Below are positions 1 to 10,519 of a stretch of DNA of 64,000 nt, piece by piece. Position numbers and translations under genes: made by a program. The stretch is taken from contig JBBQZX010000005.1 of assembly GCA_038207335.1 (NCBI GenBank), forward strand, positions 64,001-128,000, given 5' to 3'. The stretch's first letter is position 1. The number at the start of each line of letters is the position of its first letter. The notes beneath the pieces were generated by a model. The model was not told the DNA's origin. It ran no database searches and saw only the letters and a list, made by a program, of their open reading frames with translations. This DNA comes from Chthoniobacterales bacterium. GTDB taxonomy: Bacteria; Verrucomicrobiota; Verrucomicrobiia; Chthoniobacterales; Chthoniobacteraceae.

Positions 1-40
1 GCGGCGAGGATTTCCGTGTAAGCGAAAATGACGCCGCTGG

Positions 41-1804
41 TCATGGGTGGGCGGCGTTGCGCTTGGCGGCGAGGACGGCTTCGATTTTGCCCAACGGGAG
101 GCAGTTCACGACGTCGTCGCGCGTGAGCCAGCCCTTCCTCGCGACGCCTACGCCGAGCCACAGATGCTGGAGCTGCGAGGTGTGGTGTGCGTCGGGGTTG
201 ATGACGCATTTCACGCCTTTGGATTTCGCCAGCGGCCACCAGCGCCAGTCCATGTCGAGGCGGCGTGGAGAGCAGTTCAGCTCGATGATCGTGCCGGTCT
301 CGGCCGCTGCCTCGATGACGGCGGGGACATCGACCTGATAGGCGTCGCGAGAGAGGAGGAGGCGGCCAGTGAGGTGGCCGAGCATGGTGATGTGAGGATT
401 AGAAATCGCGCGGATTATCCGCGCGGTCTGCTCGGCCTCGGGGATGGAAAATGAGGAGTGGATCGAGGCAACCACGTAGTCGAGCCGCGCGAGCAGGTCG
501 TCGGGAAAGTCGAGCGTGCCGTCTTTCAGGACATCGCACTCGATGCCGGCGAAGAGCCGGAAACTGTCGCCGAATGTTTTGTTCAGTTCGCGGATTTCCT
601 CGATCTGCGCGAGCAGCCGATCGGTCTCGAGCCCGTGCGCTTGAAAGGACGCTTTGCTGTGGTCGGCGATGCCGAGGTATTGCAGGCCGAGCTCCTGCGC
701 GGCGTCGGCCATCTCGGCGAGCGTGCTGCGCCCATCGCTCGCGGTGGTGTGGTTGTGGAAAGTGCCGCGCAGGTTTTGCAACTCGAGCATGTCGGGAAGC
801 TCGTGCTTTTCGGCAGCTTGGATTTCGCCGCGATCTTCGCGCAGCTCGGGCTCGACGTAATCGAGATCGAGCGCGCGGTAGAGGTCGCGCTCTTCGTGGA
901 TCGGTGGGATCGGTTCGGGCTCGTTTTTTGGATTTTCGAGCGGGCCGAGGCGGTATTCGTTCAGCGTCCAGCCGCGGGCGAGGGCACGGGAACGCATGAC
1001 GATATTATGCTCTTTGGATCCCGTGAAGTAGCTGAGCGCGAACGGATACTCCGCGCTCTTCACCACCCGGAGATCAGCCTGGATGCCTGATTTCCAGCGC
1101 ACGCTCGATTTCGTGGCGCCGTTGGCGATGACGTTTTCGACCATCTCGTGCTCAATGAAAAACTTCGACACTTCGGCGGGAGAATTCGTCGCCACGATGA
1201 AGTCGAGGTCACCGACGATTTCCTTTCGCCGGCGGTAGCTCCCGGCGATCGCGGCTTGGAAGACATTGGGCTGCTCGCACAGTCCTTCGAGCATCCGCTC
1301 GGCATCCGCGGCGATGTCGCCGAGCCGAAAGCGCCCCGCGTATTTCGCGCGGCCTTCGATGGCCGCGGCGAGATTCGTCGCGGTCTTCTTTCCGAAGCCT
1401 GCGAGCGCAGCGATGCGTCCGTCTTTGCAAGCGGCGTCGAGCTCTGCGATCGAGGTGACGCCGAGCTGATCCCACATGACTTTGATCTTCTTCGGCCCGA
1501 GCCCCTGAAGCTCGAAAAGCTCGAACAACCCGGGCGGAAATTCCGCCTTCAAAATCTCGTAGTAGGCAAGCTGGCCGGTCACGGTGAGTTCCGTGATCTT
1601 GTCCGCGAGTGCTTTTCCGATGCCCGCGATCTCACCGAGGCGGTCCTCCGCCACGAGCTTTGGGAGGTCGCCGCTGAAGGTTTCCAGGGCCCGCGCAGCA
1701 TTCGTGTAGGCGCGGATTTTGAAGAGATTCTCGCCCTTCAGCTCGAGCAGCTTCGCCACCGACTCGAGCGTGTCGGCGATTTGTTCTTTCGTGATCTGGG
1801 CCAT
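41..1804 (-). CDS. polX: DNA polymerase X family protein with C-terminal PHP domain
   Basis: Start moved to MAQITKEQIA (ATG at 1804). N-terminal GENLFKIRAY, HhH motifs (GIGK, GLGPKK), GSYRR, catalytic GDLDF and ADLRVV, YFTGSKEHN. PHP motifs HNHT, DHS, GIECD, NPDAH. Confidence 0.93.
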   Translation of the reverse strand: MAQITKEQIADTLESVAKLLELKGENLFKIRAYTNAARALETFSGDLPKLVAEDRLGEIAGIGKALADKITELTVTGQLAYYEILKAEFPPGLFELFELQGLGPKKIKVMWDQLGVTSIAELDAACKDGRIAALAGFGKKTATNLAAAIEGRAKYAGRFRLGDIAADAERMLEGLCEQPNVFQAAIAGSYRRRKEIVGDLDFIVATNSPAEVSKFFIEHEMVENVIANGATKSSVRWKSGIQADLRVVKSAEYPFALSYFTGSKEHNIVMRSRALARGWTLNEYRLGPLENPKNEPEPIPPIHEERDLYRALDLDYVEPELREDRGEIQAAEKHELPDMLELQNLRGTFHNHTTASDGRSTLAEMADAAQELGLQYLGIADHSKASFQAHGLETDRLLAQIEEIRELNKTFGDSFRLFAGIECDVLKDGTLDFPDDLLARLDYVVASIHSSFSIPEAEQTARIIRAISNPHITMLGHLTGRLLLSRDAYQVDVPAVIEAAAETGTIIELNCSPRRLDMDWRWWPLAKSKGVKCVINPDAHHTSQLQHLWLGVGVARKGWLTRDDVVNCLPLGKIEAVLAAKRNAAHP

Positions 1805-1903
1805 GCGGGAGCGGGAACTTACGACCCTGCGCAAATTGCTGTCACGCGGTTTGAAAGGCGGAACGGCTTGTCGCTGTGTTGCGCGCGCGGCTAGCGTCCG
1901 CAC

Positions 1904-4576
1904 ATGTCTTTGCCACCTACCCCGGAGCATGTGCGCCTCGCGGAGGAGGCGCGCCGAGAGAAGAACTGGAAGAGATGGGGCCCGTATCTTTCCGAGCGCC
2001 AGTGGGGCACGGTGCGCGAGGACTATTCGGCAAATGGCGACGCGTGGAATTCTTTCCCGCACGACCATGCGCGGAGCCGCGCTTACCGTTGGGGCGAGGA
2101 TGGGCTGCTCGGTTTTTGCGACCGCGAGGGACGGCTCTGCTTCGCGCTCGCGCTGTGGAATGGGCGTGATCCGTTCTTAAAAGAGCGGCTTTTCGGGCTC
2201 ACGAATCCGCAGGGAAATCACGGCGAGGACGCAAAGGAGGCCTGGTATTATTCGGATTCCACGCCGACGCATTCTTACGCCCGCGCGCTCTACAAATACC
2301 CTCAGGCTGAGTATCCGTATCGGTGGCTCGTGGAGGAAAATGCGGCGCGGGGAAAGTGGGATCGCGAGTTTGAAATCCACGACACGGGCATTTTCGACGA
2401 CCAACGATACTTCGATGTGACGGTCGAGTACGCGAAGGCCGAGCCGGACGATGTGCTGATCGTCATCACCGTGGAAAATCGGGCGTCCGAGCCGGCGGCG
2501 CTGCACGTTTTGCCGACGCTTTGGTTTCGCAATACGTGGAGTTGGGGTGCCTGCGAAACGGCTTCGGCAAAGCCCTCGCTGGTGAAGCACGCCGCGGCCG
2601 CGGTTCTCGCGACCCACCCGACACTTGGCAAATTTCGCTTCGAGATCGAGCGCGCGGCACCGTTGCTTTTCACCGAAAACGAGACGAACCGGATGCGACT
2701 CTACGGCTGCGAAAATGAGAGCGACGTGGTGAAGGACGGGATCAACGACTTCGTCGTGAGCGGTGTGAAATCGGCCGTGCGCGCCGACGACGGAACGAAG
2801 GTTTCGCCGCATTTTCAGCTCACGATCCCGGCGTGCGGCCGGGAGGTGATCCGGCTGCGGCTGCGGACCGCGGATCAGGGCGGGGAGCCATTTGGCGAGG
2901 AGTTCGCTCACATTTTTGAGCTGAGGAAAAGCGAGGCGAATCAGTTTTACGGACGGAAGATTTCGCAGTCGCTCGGAGCCGATCAGCAGCACGTTGTGCG
3001 GCAGGCGTACGCGGGGCTTTTGTGGACGAAGCAGTTCTACCATTACGTCGTGAAGGAATGGCTCGCGGGCGATCCGGCGATGCCCGCGCCGCCGCCGGGT
3101 CACGCCCACACGCGCAACTGCGACTGGCACCATTTCTACGCGAATGACGTGCTCTCGATGCCGGACAAATGGGAGTATCCGTGGTTCGCCGCCTGGGACC
3201 TCGCGTTTCACATGATCCCGATGGCGCGCGTCGATCCGCAGTTTGCTAAGGACCAGCTCCAACTTCTGCTGCGCGAGTGGTACATGCATCCGAATGGACA
3301 GGTGCCTGCGTACGAGTGGAATTTTAGCGACGTGAACCCGCCCGTCCACGCGTGGGCCTGCTGGCGGGTTTATAAAGTCAGCGCGCCCGCCGGGGAGCGC
3401 GACACGCTGTTCCTCGAGCGCTGCTTCCAAAAACTGCTTTTGAACTTCACCTGGTGGGTGAATCGCAAGGACGTGCAGGGCCGCCACGTCTTCGCTGGTG
3501 GATTTCTCGGGCTCGATAACATCGGACTCTTCGACCGCTCAAAGCCGCTCCCGAGCGGGCAGACGCTCGCGCAGGCGGACGGCACGGCGTGGATGGCATT
3601 CTACTGCGGCACCATGCTTTCGATGGCGCTGGAACTCGCGCTCACGCGGCCCGCGTATGAGGACATCGCGTCGAAGTTTTTCGAGCATTTCATCGAGATC
3701 GTCGATGCGATGAATGCGGTCGGCGGCGGTGGGCTGTGGGACGAAACGGACGGGTTTTATTACGATCAGCTTTTGATCGAAGGGCGCGACACCGTGCCGC
3801 TCCGCGTGCGCTCGCTGGTCGGGCTCATTCCGCTGCTCGCGTGCGAGGTGCTCGATCAGCGGACGGTCGAAAAGCTGCCAGGCTTCCGCAAACGGATGCG
3901 CTGGTTCGTGGACAATCGGCCCGATCTGGCGCGCCACATTTCATGCATGGATCGGCAGGAGCGCGAGGGTCTGCACACGCTGCGGCTGCTTGCGATACCG
4001 TCGCGCGAGCGGCTCGAGCGCGTGCTGACTTACGTGCTGGATGAGAGCGAATTTTTATCGCCGTTCGGCATCCGCTCGCTGTCGCGGCATTACGAAAAGC
4101 ATCCGTTCGAGATCAGTCTCGACGGCAGCGAATACCGCATCGACTACGAGCCGGCGGAGTCGCGCTCGAACATGTTCGGAGGCAACTCGAATTGGCGCGG
4201 GCCGATCTGGTTTCCGATCAATTACCTGCTCATCGAGGCGCTCGAGCGCTACCACCACTTCTACGGGGAAAAGCTCACCGTCGAGTTTCCCCGCGGCTCT
4301 GGGAAAATGGTCACGCTCGACAAAATCGCGCACGAGATTTCGCGGCGGCTCTCGCTGATTTTCACGCTGGATGAAAACGGGAAGCGCCCGTGTTTCGGCG
4401 ACAACCACCGATACGCCACCGACCCGCACTGGCGCGACCATGTGCTCTTCCACGAATACTTTCACGCCGACATCGGCTGCGGCCTCGGCGCGAGCCATCA
4501 GACCGGCTGGACTGCGCTCATCACCCGCTGCCTCGGCATCGTCGGGCGCGTGTCGAAAAACACGGTGCCCGGCTGA
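1904..4576 (+). CDS. MGH1-like / GH63-type glycoside hydrolase (glucosidase)
   Basis: WGPYLSERQWGTVREDYS, MPDKWEYPWFAAWDLAFH, GGNSNWRGPIWFP, GLGASHQTGWT motifs. Confidence 0.85.
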   Translation: MSLPPTPEHVRLAEEARREKNWKRWGPYLSERQWGTVREDYSANGDAWNSFPHDHARSRAYRWGEDGLLGFCDREGRLCFALALWNGRDPFLKERLFGLTNPQGNHGEDAKEAWYYSDSTPTHSYARALYKYPQAEYPYRWLVEENAARGKWDREFEIHDTGIFDDQRYFDVTVEYAKAEPDDVLIVITVENRASEPAALHVLPTLWFRNTWSWGACETASAKPSLVKHAAAAVLATHPTLGKFRFEIERAAPLLFTENETNRMRLYGCENESDVVKDGINDFVVSGVKSAVRADDGTKVSPHFQLTIPACGREVIRLRLRTADQGGEPFGEEFAHIFELRKSEANQFYGRKISQSLGADQQHVVRQAYAGLLWTKQFYHYVVKEWLAGDPAMPAPPPGHAHTRNCDWHHFYANDVLSMPDKWEYPWFAAWDLAFHMIPMARVDPQFAKDQLQLLLREWYMHPNGQVPAYEWNFSDVNPPVHAWACWRVYKVSAPAGERDTLFLERCFQKLLLNFTWWVNRKDVQGRHVFAGGFLGLDNIGLFDRSKPLPSGQTLAQADGTAWMAFYCGTMLSMALELALTRPAYEDIASKFFEHFIEIVDAMNAVGGGGLWDETDGFYYDQLLIEGRDTVPLRVRSLVGLIPLLACEVLDQRTVEKLPGFRKRMRWFVDNRPDLARHISCMDRQEREGLHTLRLLAIPSRERLERVLTYVLDESEFLSPFGIRSLSRHYEKHPFEISLDGSEYRIDYEPAESRSNMFGGNSNWRGPIWFPINYLLIEALERYHHFYGEKLTVEFPRGSGKMVTLDKIAHEISRRLSLIFTLDENGKRPCFGDNHRYATDPHWRDHVLFHEYFHADIGCGLGASHQTGWTALITRCLGIVGRVSKNTVPG

Positions 4577-4630
4577 CGCTCAGGAACAGCGTGCTTCCCA
4601 GAGGGGGTGTGCGGCGTTGTAACTTCACCC

Positions 4631-6316
4631 ATGCCTGTGCGCTGGATTTTCCCCGAGACGAATGTCGAAGCCGCGCGGACGCTTGCTGAGAGGCTGGATG
4701 TCGCGCCTTTCGTCGCGGAGCTCTTGTGGAGCCGCGGGTTTCGCTCGGATGCGGACGCTGCGCTTTTCCTCGATCCGCGGCTGAAGTCGCTGAGCGATCC
4801 GTTTTTACTCCCGAGCATGACGGCGGCGATCGAGCGGCTCGTCGTGGCGATCGAAGGGCGCGAGCGCATTGTGCTTTTTGGCGATTACGATGTGGATGGC
4901 GTCACGTCGCTCGCGCTGATGGCGCGGGTGCTGCGGGCGTGTGGCGCGGAAGTGGAGTGCTTTTTGCCGTCGCGGATCGATGAGGGATACGGGCTGAGCG
5001 CGGAGGGAGTTGCGCGCTGCGTGGCGGAGTGCTCGCCGCGGCTGCTGGTGGCGGTGGATTGCGGGACATCCTCGGCGGCGGAGATCGCCCGGCTCGGGGC
5101 GCGCGGGGTGGATGTGATCGTGCTCGATCATCACGAATGCGGCGGCGAGTTGCCGAAGTGCGTGGCGCTGGTTAATCCCAAGCTGAGCAGCGGCCACGCG
5201 CCATTTTGCAGCGTCGGCATCGTCTTCAAAGTCGCGCACGCGCTGTTGAAACGGCGTCCTGTGGAGGGGATCGACTTGCGCGAATATCTCGATCTCGTCG
5301 CGCTCGGCACGGTCGCCGATCTCGTGCCGATCGTGGGTGAAAATCGCATCCTCGCGAAGCGCGGTATCGCGCAGCTCGAGCGGACGCGATGGCCCGGCGT
5401 GCAAGCGCTGATCGATGTCTCCGGCCTGCGCGCGCCATTTTCGCCCTCGAATATCGGCTTCGCGCTAGGCCCGCGCCTGAACGCCGCGGGACGGCTCGGT
5501 ACGGCGCAGAATGCGCTGGAGCTGCTGCTGACGGACGACGCCGGGCGGGCGCGCGAGATCGCTCAGGAGCTGGATGCGAGCAATCGCGAACGGCGCACGG
5601 TGGAGGACGCTGTGCTGCGCGAGGCGGAGGCGCAGATGGAGGAGTGTTTCGATGCGGGGCGCGATGCGGCGATTGTGGTCGGGGCGGCGGGGTGGCATCC
5701 GGGCGTGGTCGGGATCGTGGCGTCGCGGCTCATGCGGCGGCACCATCGGCCGACGCTCGTTGTTGGCTTCGACGAGGCGGGAGTGGGAAAGGGGAGCGGG
5801 CGCAGTATCGAGGGGCTGTCGCTGGTGCATGCGCTCGGCGAGTGCGGCGCGTTGCTGGAGAAATTTGGAGGTCACGAGATGGCTGCGGGGCTCACGATGC
5901 GGCACACGCGGTTCGAGGAGTTCCGTGCGGCCTTTCGCTCCTGTGCCAGCGGTCTTCTCAGCGCGGAGCAGCTCCAGCCCCGGCTGCGGCTGGACTCGCT
6001 GGTGGCGCTCCGGGAGATCGATATCGAGCTGTTGCGGCAGCATGAGGCGATGCAGCCTTTTGGGATGGGAAATCCGCAGCCCGTCTTTGTCGCGCGGGGG
6101 GTGACTCTGGCGTGCGAGCCGCGCGTGATGAAGGAAAAGCACCTCTCGCTGACGCTGCGGCAGCAGGGGCGCGAGCAGCGCGCTGTGTGGTTTGGCAGCG
6201 CGTCGGAGGAGCTGCCCGCGCAGCCGTGGGACGTGGCTTTTCAACTCGAGCGCAATGAATGGCAGGGCCGTGTGAGCCCGCAGCTTCAAATCCGCGCGGT
6301 GCGGGCGGCGGGGTGA
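4631..6316 (+). CDS. recJ: single-stranded DNA-specific exonuclease RecJ
   Basis: GDYDVDG, VDCG, DHH, GTVAD, PRLNAAGRL, GSGRS, FGGH, PFGMGNP. Start at ATG 4631. Confidence 0.95.
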   Translation: MPVRWIFPETNVEAARTLAERLDVAPFVAELLWSRGFRSDADAALFLDPRLKSLSDPFLLPSMTAAIERLVVAIEGRERIVLFGDYDVDGVTSLALMARVLRACGAEVECFLPSRIDEGYGLSAEGVARCVAECSPRLLVAVDCGTSSAAEIARLGARGVDVIVLDHHECGGELPKCVALVNPKLSSGHAPFCSVGIVFKVAHALLKRRPVEGIDLREYLDLVALGTVADLVPIVGENRILAKRGIAQLERTRWPGVQALIDVSGLRAPFSPSNIGFALGPRLNAAGRLGTAQNALELLLTDDAGRAREIAQELDASNRERRTVEDAVLREAEAQMEECFDAGRDAAIVVGAAGWHPGVVGIVASRLMRRHHRPTLVVGFDEAGVGKGSGRSIEGLSLVHALGECGALLEKFGGHEMAAGLTMRHTRFEEFRAAFRSCASGLLSAEQLQPRLRLDSLVALREIDIELLRQHEAMQPFGMGNPQPVFVARGVTLACEPRVMKEKHLSLTLRQQGREQRAVWFGSASEELPAQPWDVAFQLERNEWQGRVSPQLQIRAVRAAG

Positions 6317-6451
6317 AAGTCGCAGATCGGGTGTCTGCGAATCAACGAAGCCTCACCGTCGCGCGCGGGTCGCGCGAGTCGGTAAAAAAGAAAAGAGAGA
6401 AAAGGGAAATGACGATTGTGTTAACCGGGACGGTGTTCAGGGTGCGCGATT

Positions 6452-8497
6452 ATGAAAACAAAACGCCCCCATCGTTCCTCCCTCGCCGCCTGTTTTTCCA
6501 ACTTTGAAATCCTCGAGTCGCGCATCGCGCCGGCGGTCTTCATCATCACGAGGCTCACCGACGGTCCCGGCGATGCGGACGGATCGACGAATGGGTGCTG
6601 AGCCTGCGCGAGGCGATCATCGCGGCGAATACGAACACGGCTTTCGGCGACGCTCCCGCGGGGGATTCGGCGAGCGTGGATCAGATCATTTTCTCGCCGA
6701 CGCTCGCGGGCGGGACGATCACGCTGGGCAACGGTGAACTTTCGATCACGGACGCTCGAACGGCACGAATGCGCCTGCCGGAATCACGATCGATGGGCGC
6801 GGCGCGAGCCGCATTTTTAACATCGACGCGAATGGCGCGGTGACGATCACGGACCTGTCGCTCATCGGCGGCGAGAGCGGCACGGGAAACTCGGGCGGCG
6901 GCATTTTCATCTCCACCGGGGAGACGGTGAAGCTGACGGGAAATCACGCCGACCTCAATGGCGGCGCGATCTTCAACGATGGGAGCAGTCTGACGATCGA
7001 CAGCACAGCGGTGACGAATACGGTAAAAATCACCGGCAACTCCGCGATCGGCGGAGCGATCGGCGGCGGCGGCGGCATTTTCAGCGCGGGCGGGACGGTG
7101 GTCATATCGAAAACCACGATCTCGACAAAAACCGCATTGACTGCGCTCGGGAATGGCGGCGCGATACTGATCGGCGGTGCCACGGGGAGCCTGACGGTGA
7201 ATGGAGGCTCGATTCACCGGGAATCTCGCGGCGCGCGCGGGCGGCGGCATCGAGATCGTGGCGGGCACGGTGCAGATCACGGGCGCGAAGGTGACGAATA
7301 ACGATGTCACGGCGAGCGGGACACTCACGACCGCGGCGGCGCCGGGAAATGGCGGCGGCCTGCATGTGACCGGCGCGGCGACGGTGACTGTGAACGGCGG
7401 GCAATTCAGCTCCAAAAAAGCGGCGAAGGAGGGCGGCGGGCTGTGGAATTCGGCGACCGGCACGCTCTTCATCCGCGCCTACCAAGGCACGGGGACGGTA
7501 ATTAATAGCAATATCGCGGACGGGAACGGAACCGAGCAGGGTGGCGGCGGCGTCTTCAATGACGGCGGCACGTAATCATCAGATCGGCGACCATCGCCAA
7601 CAACGTCTCGACGGCGAGTGCGATCGGGAATGGCGGCGGCGGCATCTTCAACGACGGGCGCCTAATGCTGGAGAACGTCACCGTCACCTCGAATCGCGCG
7701 GACTCCCCCATGGCGTATGGCGGTGGCATTTTGAATTGCGACGGAGGGACGCTCACGGTCATCGGCGGCACGATCAGCTACAATTCTGCCGCGCGCGCGG
7801 GCAGGGGCATCGAGAACAATCTCGGCACGGTCACCTTGACCGGCGTTTATTTGCAGTTCAACGCGGCCGGGGTCAATGGCGGCGGCCTGCACACGAGCGG
7901 AGCGGGGTCGGTCACGATCACGGGCGTCATCGTTAAGGGCAACACCGCGGGGCAGGAGGGCGGCGGCTTGTGGAACTCCGGCACGGGCACCCTCACGGTG
8001 AACTCCAGCGCCCTGGGTGCGCGCACAATGGCGACGGCTTCGGCGACATCATCACCGCGTCGGCCAGCTCGAATTTCGGCGCGCTCGTCCGCGTCTTCAG
8101 CGGCCAAAATGGACGCCAGATCGACAGCTTCCTTGCATTCGACGACAAGCGCGTGAAGGGGGTCTTCGTCAGCGCGGGCGAAATCAATGGCGACGGCCGT
8201 GCCGACATCATCGCCGGCACCGACGCGACCAAGGCCCCGAATCTCCGCGCCTTCAGCCGCCCCGGCTTCGGCATCCCGTCCGCCGTCCTCGCCGACATCC
8301 TCCTCGACGCCGCCTACGCGGGCGGCGTGCGCGTCGCCTCCGCCGATGTGAATGCCGACGGCATCGCCGATATCATCGCCAGCACCGGCAAGTCCAAAAC
8401 GCCGCAAATCCGTATCTACGACGGCGCGACGACCGGCCTCCTAAACACGATCGCCCTGACCGACAAAGATTCCCGCACCGGCCTCTTCGTCGGGTAA
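6452..8497 (+). pseudogene. frameshifted secreted LEPRxLL-type beta-helix (GG[AG]IFN repeat) protein with C-terminal FG-GAP-like repeats
   Basis: ATG 6452 reads MKTKRPHRSS...ILESRIAPAVF, then LSLREAIIAAN and GGGIF/GGAIFN repeats, and ends with NGDGFGDII / EINGDGRADII / DVNADGIADII. The coherent protein switches frame near 6592, 6755, 7215, 7572 and 8020. Confidence 0.8.
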
Positions 8498-8549
8498 AGG
8501 CGCTGGAAACGTGGCCCTCGCATCGTTCCGCAGTGCGATGCGCGGCGGT

Positions 8550-8583
8550 GAAGCCCTTGCACACGGGTGGATGCAAGGGCTTC
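8550..8583. repeat. 12-bp perfect inverted repeat (hairpin), possible terminator or REP-like element
   Basis: GAAGCCCTTGCA-N10-TGCAAGGGCTTC, about 50 bp after the pseudogene stop. Confidence 0.5.
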
Positions 8584-8739
8584 GTGACGCTTGGTTTTAA
8601 CGGCCGTCGGCGATTATCCGTGGAGGACGGGACCTGTTTTGTAGCATCGATCAATTGGTAGAAACGATTCTTTTAAGAAGCGATTGATATCGGTGCGGAT
8701 CGGCGTATCGGAGGGGCTCGTTCCCACAAAAACACTCCT

Positions 8740-10434
8740 ATGTCCCGCTCCCGTATCCTCTCAAAAGACGTCCGCAATATTCTCCCGCGTCTCTGTCTAG
8801 GCGCAGGGCTCATGGCCGGCGGGTTCGCGCACGCCGGGGTGATCGATGTCTTTCTGGTCGGCGGGCAATCGAATGCGCTGGGCCGCGCCGATCCCTCGAC
8901 TTTGCCCACGGCGCTGAAGAATCCGCAGCCGGATGTGCCCTACTACTACTCGACGAGTGTGGGGCTGACGACGCTGCGGCCGCGGGCGACGGAGTTTGGC
9001 CCGGAGATCACGTTTGGGCGGGCGATGGCGGACTATTACGAGGCGCGGGCGGGGCAGATCGCGATCCTGAAATATGCGGTGGGTGGGACGAATCTGTATT
9101 CGCAGTGGAAAGCGGGGGGCGATGCGACGACGACCGGGGATGGTCCGCTCTACCAAGATTTCCAGACGACGATCAGCGCGGGGATGATCGCGCTGCAGAT
9201 GGCGAATCCCGGAATGACGCTGGTGCTGCGCGGGATGATCTGGATGCAGGGAGAGAGCGATGCGATCCCGGCGCAGAGCGCGAATTACGAAGCGAATCTG
9301 ACAGCATTCATCAGCGATATTCGGAAGACATACGGAGCGGGGCTGTTTTTCACGATCGGCGAGCTTTCGACCGGCCAGACTGGCACCGGGCCAGCGGCGG
9401 ACCTCGCGACGGTGCGCGCGGCGCAGGAACATGTTGCGGCTGCGGACCCGCTGACGAGCATCCTGAATACCAATAGCTACAGCCTGAAGCCCGACAATCT
9501 GCACTGGGACACGGTCGGGCAGCAGCAGCTCGGCAATGGCTTTGCGACCACGATGCAGACGCAGCTCGTGCCGGAGCCCTCGACGGCGGGGCTGTTACTT
9601 TTCGGCGCTCTCGGCCTCGGGCTGCGCCGCCGCCGTGCCCGGCACACTCCACTTTCCAACCCAACCCAAGAACCTACCAACCACACGATGAAATCCATGC
9701 ACCTCACTTCGCTGGCGCTCGCCTCGGCGCTCGCTCTCACCACTATCAGCGCGCACGCGCAGACCCCGGTCGCCGCGTTTGACGTCGGCGGAAATGCCGG
9801 AAGCGCGACCAGTCCCGTGGAGACGGGGTTCACGGCGTTTAGCTTCGCGGACGGGCTCGGGCCGAACGCGGTCGTGGCGGGCGGGATCACCGGGATCATC
9901 GCCGGCGGCACGACGCTGGCGGGCGCGACGGCGACGGATGCGAACGGGGATTTCAGCTCGACGGCGCAGGTGGTGCACCGGGATCGCCTCACACCCGCGG
10001 CGGACATTGGGGCGTTCACTTTCAGCGAACTCTACCGGGATTTTGCGACGCAGAACTTTCTAGCGATCGAATTCAAGGGCCTGACTGTGAGCACGGAATA
10101 TCTGCTGACGTTTTACGCGTACGACAACAACGGCAACCGCACGCAGACTTTCACCAATATTACGGGCGGAGCGTCCGCGCCGTTTGGGACGGTGACCTAC
10201 ACAGCGGGGTTCGCATTCAACTCCGCGACACCGAACGATGTGTTCTCCACGAGCTTCAACGCGACTTCCGATGCGCAAGGACGGCTCTTTTTCACGGAGT
10301 CTGGTGTGGGGACAGGCGGCAGCACGAGTGTGGCGCTGGTGAATGGGTTCACGTTGACGCCCGTGCCCGAGCCAGCATCCGCGGCGCTCCTGCTCTTCGG
10401 GGCGACGGCGCTCGGCCTGCGTCGGCGGCGGTAG
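8740..10434 (+). CDS. sialate O-acetylesterase (SASA/SGNH) PEP-CTERM protein running in frame into a second PEP-CTERM protein
   Basis: Signal peptide, GGQSNA, WMQGESD, DNLHW. Internal VPEPSTAGLLLFGALGLGLRRRR, a second signal peptide from ATG 9688, and terminal VPEPASAALLLFGATALGLRRRR. Confidence 0.8.
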   Translation: MSRSRILSKDVRNILPRLCLGAGLMAGGFAHAGVIDVFLVGGQSNALGRADPSTLPTALKNPQPDVPYYYSTSVGLTTLRPRATEFGPEITFGRAMADYYEARAGQIAILKYAVGGTNLYSQWKAGGDATTTGDGPLYQDFQTTISAGMIALQMANPGMTLVLRGMIWMQGESDAIPAQSANYEANLTAFISDIRKTYGAGLFFTIGELSTGQTGTGPAADLATVRAAQEHVAAADPLTSILNTNSYSLKPDNLHWDTVGQQQLGNGFATTMQTQLVPEPSTAGLLLFGALGLGLRRRRARHTPLSNPTQEPTNHTMKSMHLTSLALASALALTTISAHAQTPVAAFDVGGNAGSATSPVETGFTAFSFADGLGPNAVVAGGITGIIAGGTTLAGATATDANGDFSSTAQVVHRDRLTPAADIGAFTFSELYRDFATQNFLAIEFKGLTVSTEYLLTFYAYDNNGNRTQTFTNITGGASAPFGTVTYTAGFAFNSATPNDVFSTSFNATSDAQGRLFFTESGVGTGGSTSVALVNGFTLTPVPEPASAALLLFGATALGLRRRR

Positions 10435-10519
10435 GGCAGTGGGCAAAAAAATTGCGTCGCGGCTGGAACATCGGGCGCGGGCAGGGCACGGTGCGGGGGT
10501 CTTTTGAAAATCCCGCGCC

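Noticed and set aside
41..6316. PolX + RecJ as a defence or novel repair system
   Set aside because: Both look canonical. They are separated by an unrelated glycosidase and have no accessory genes.
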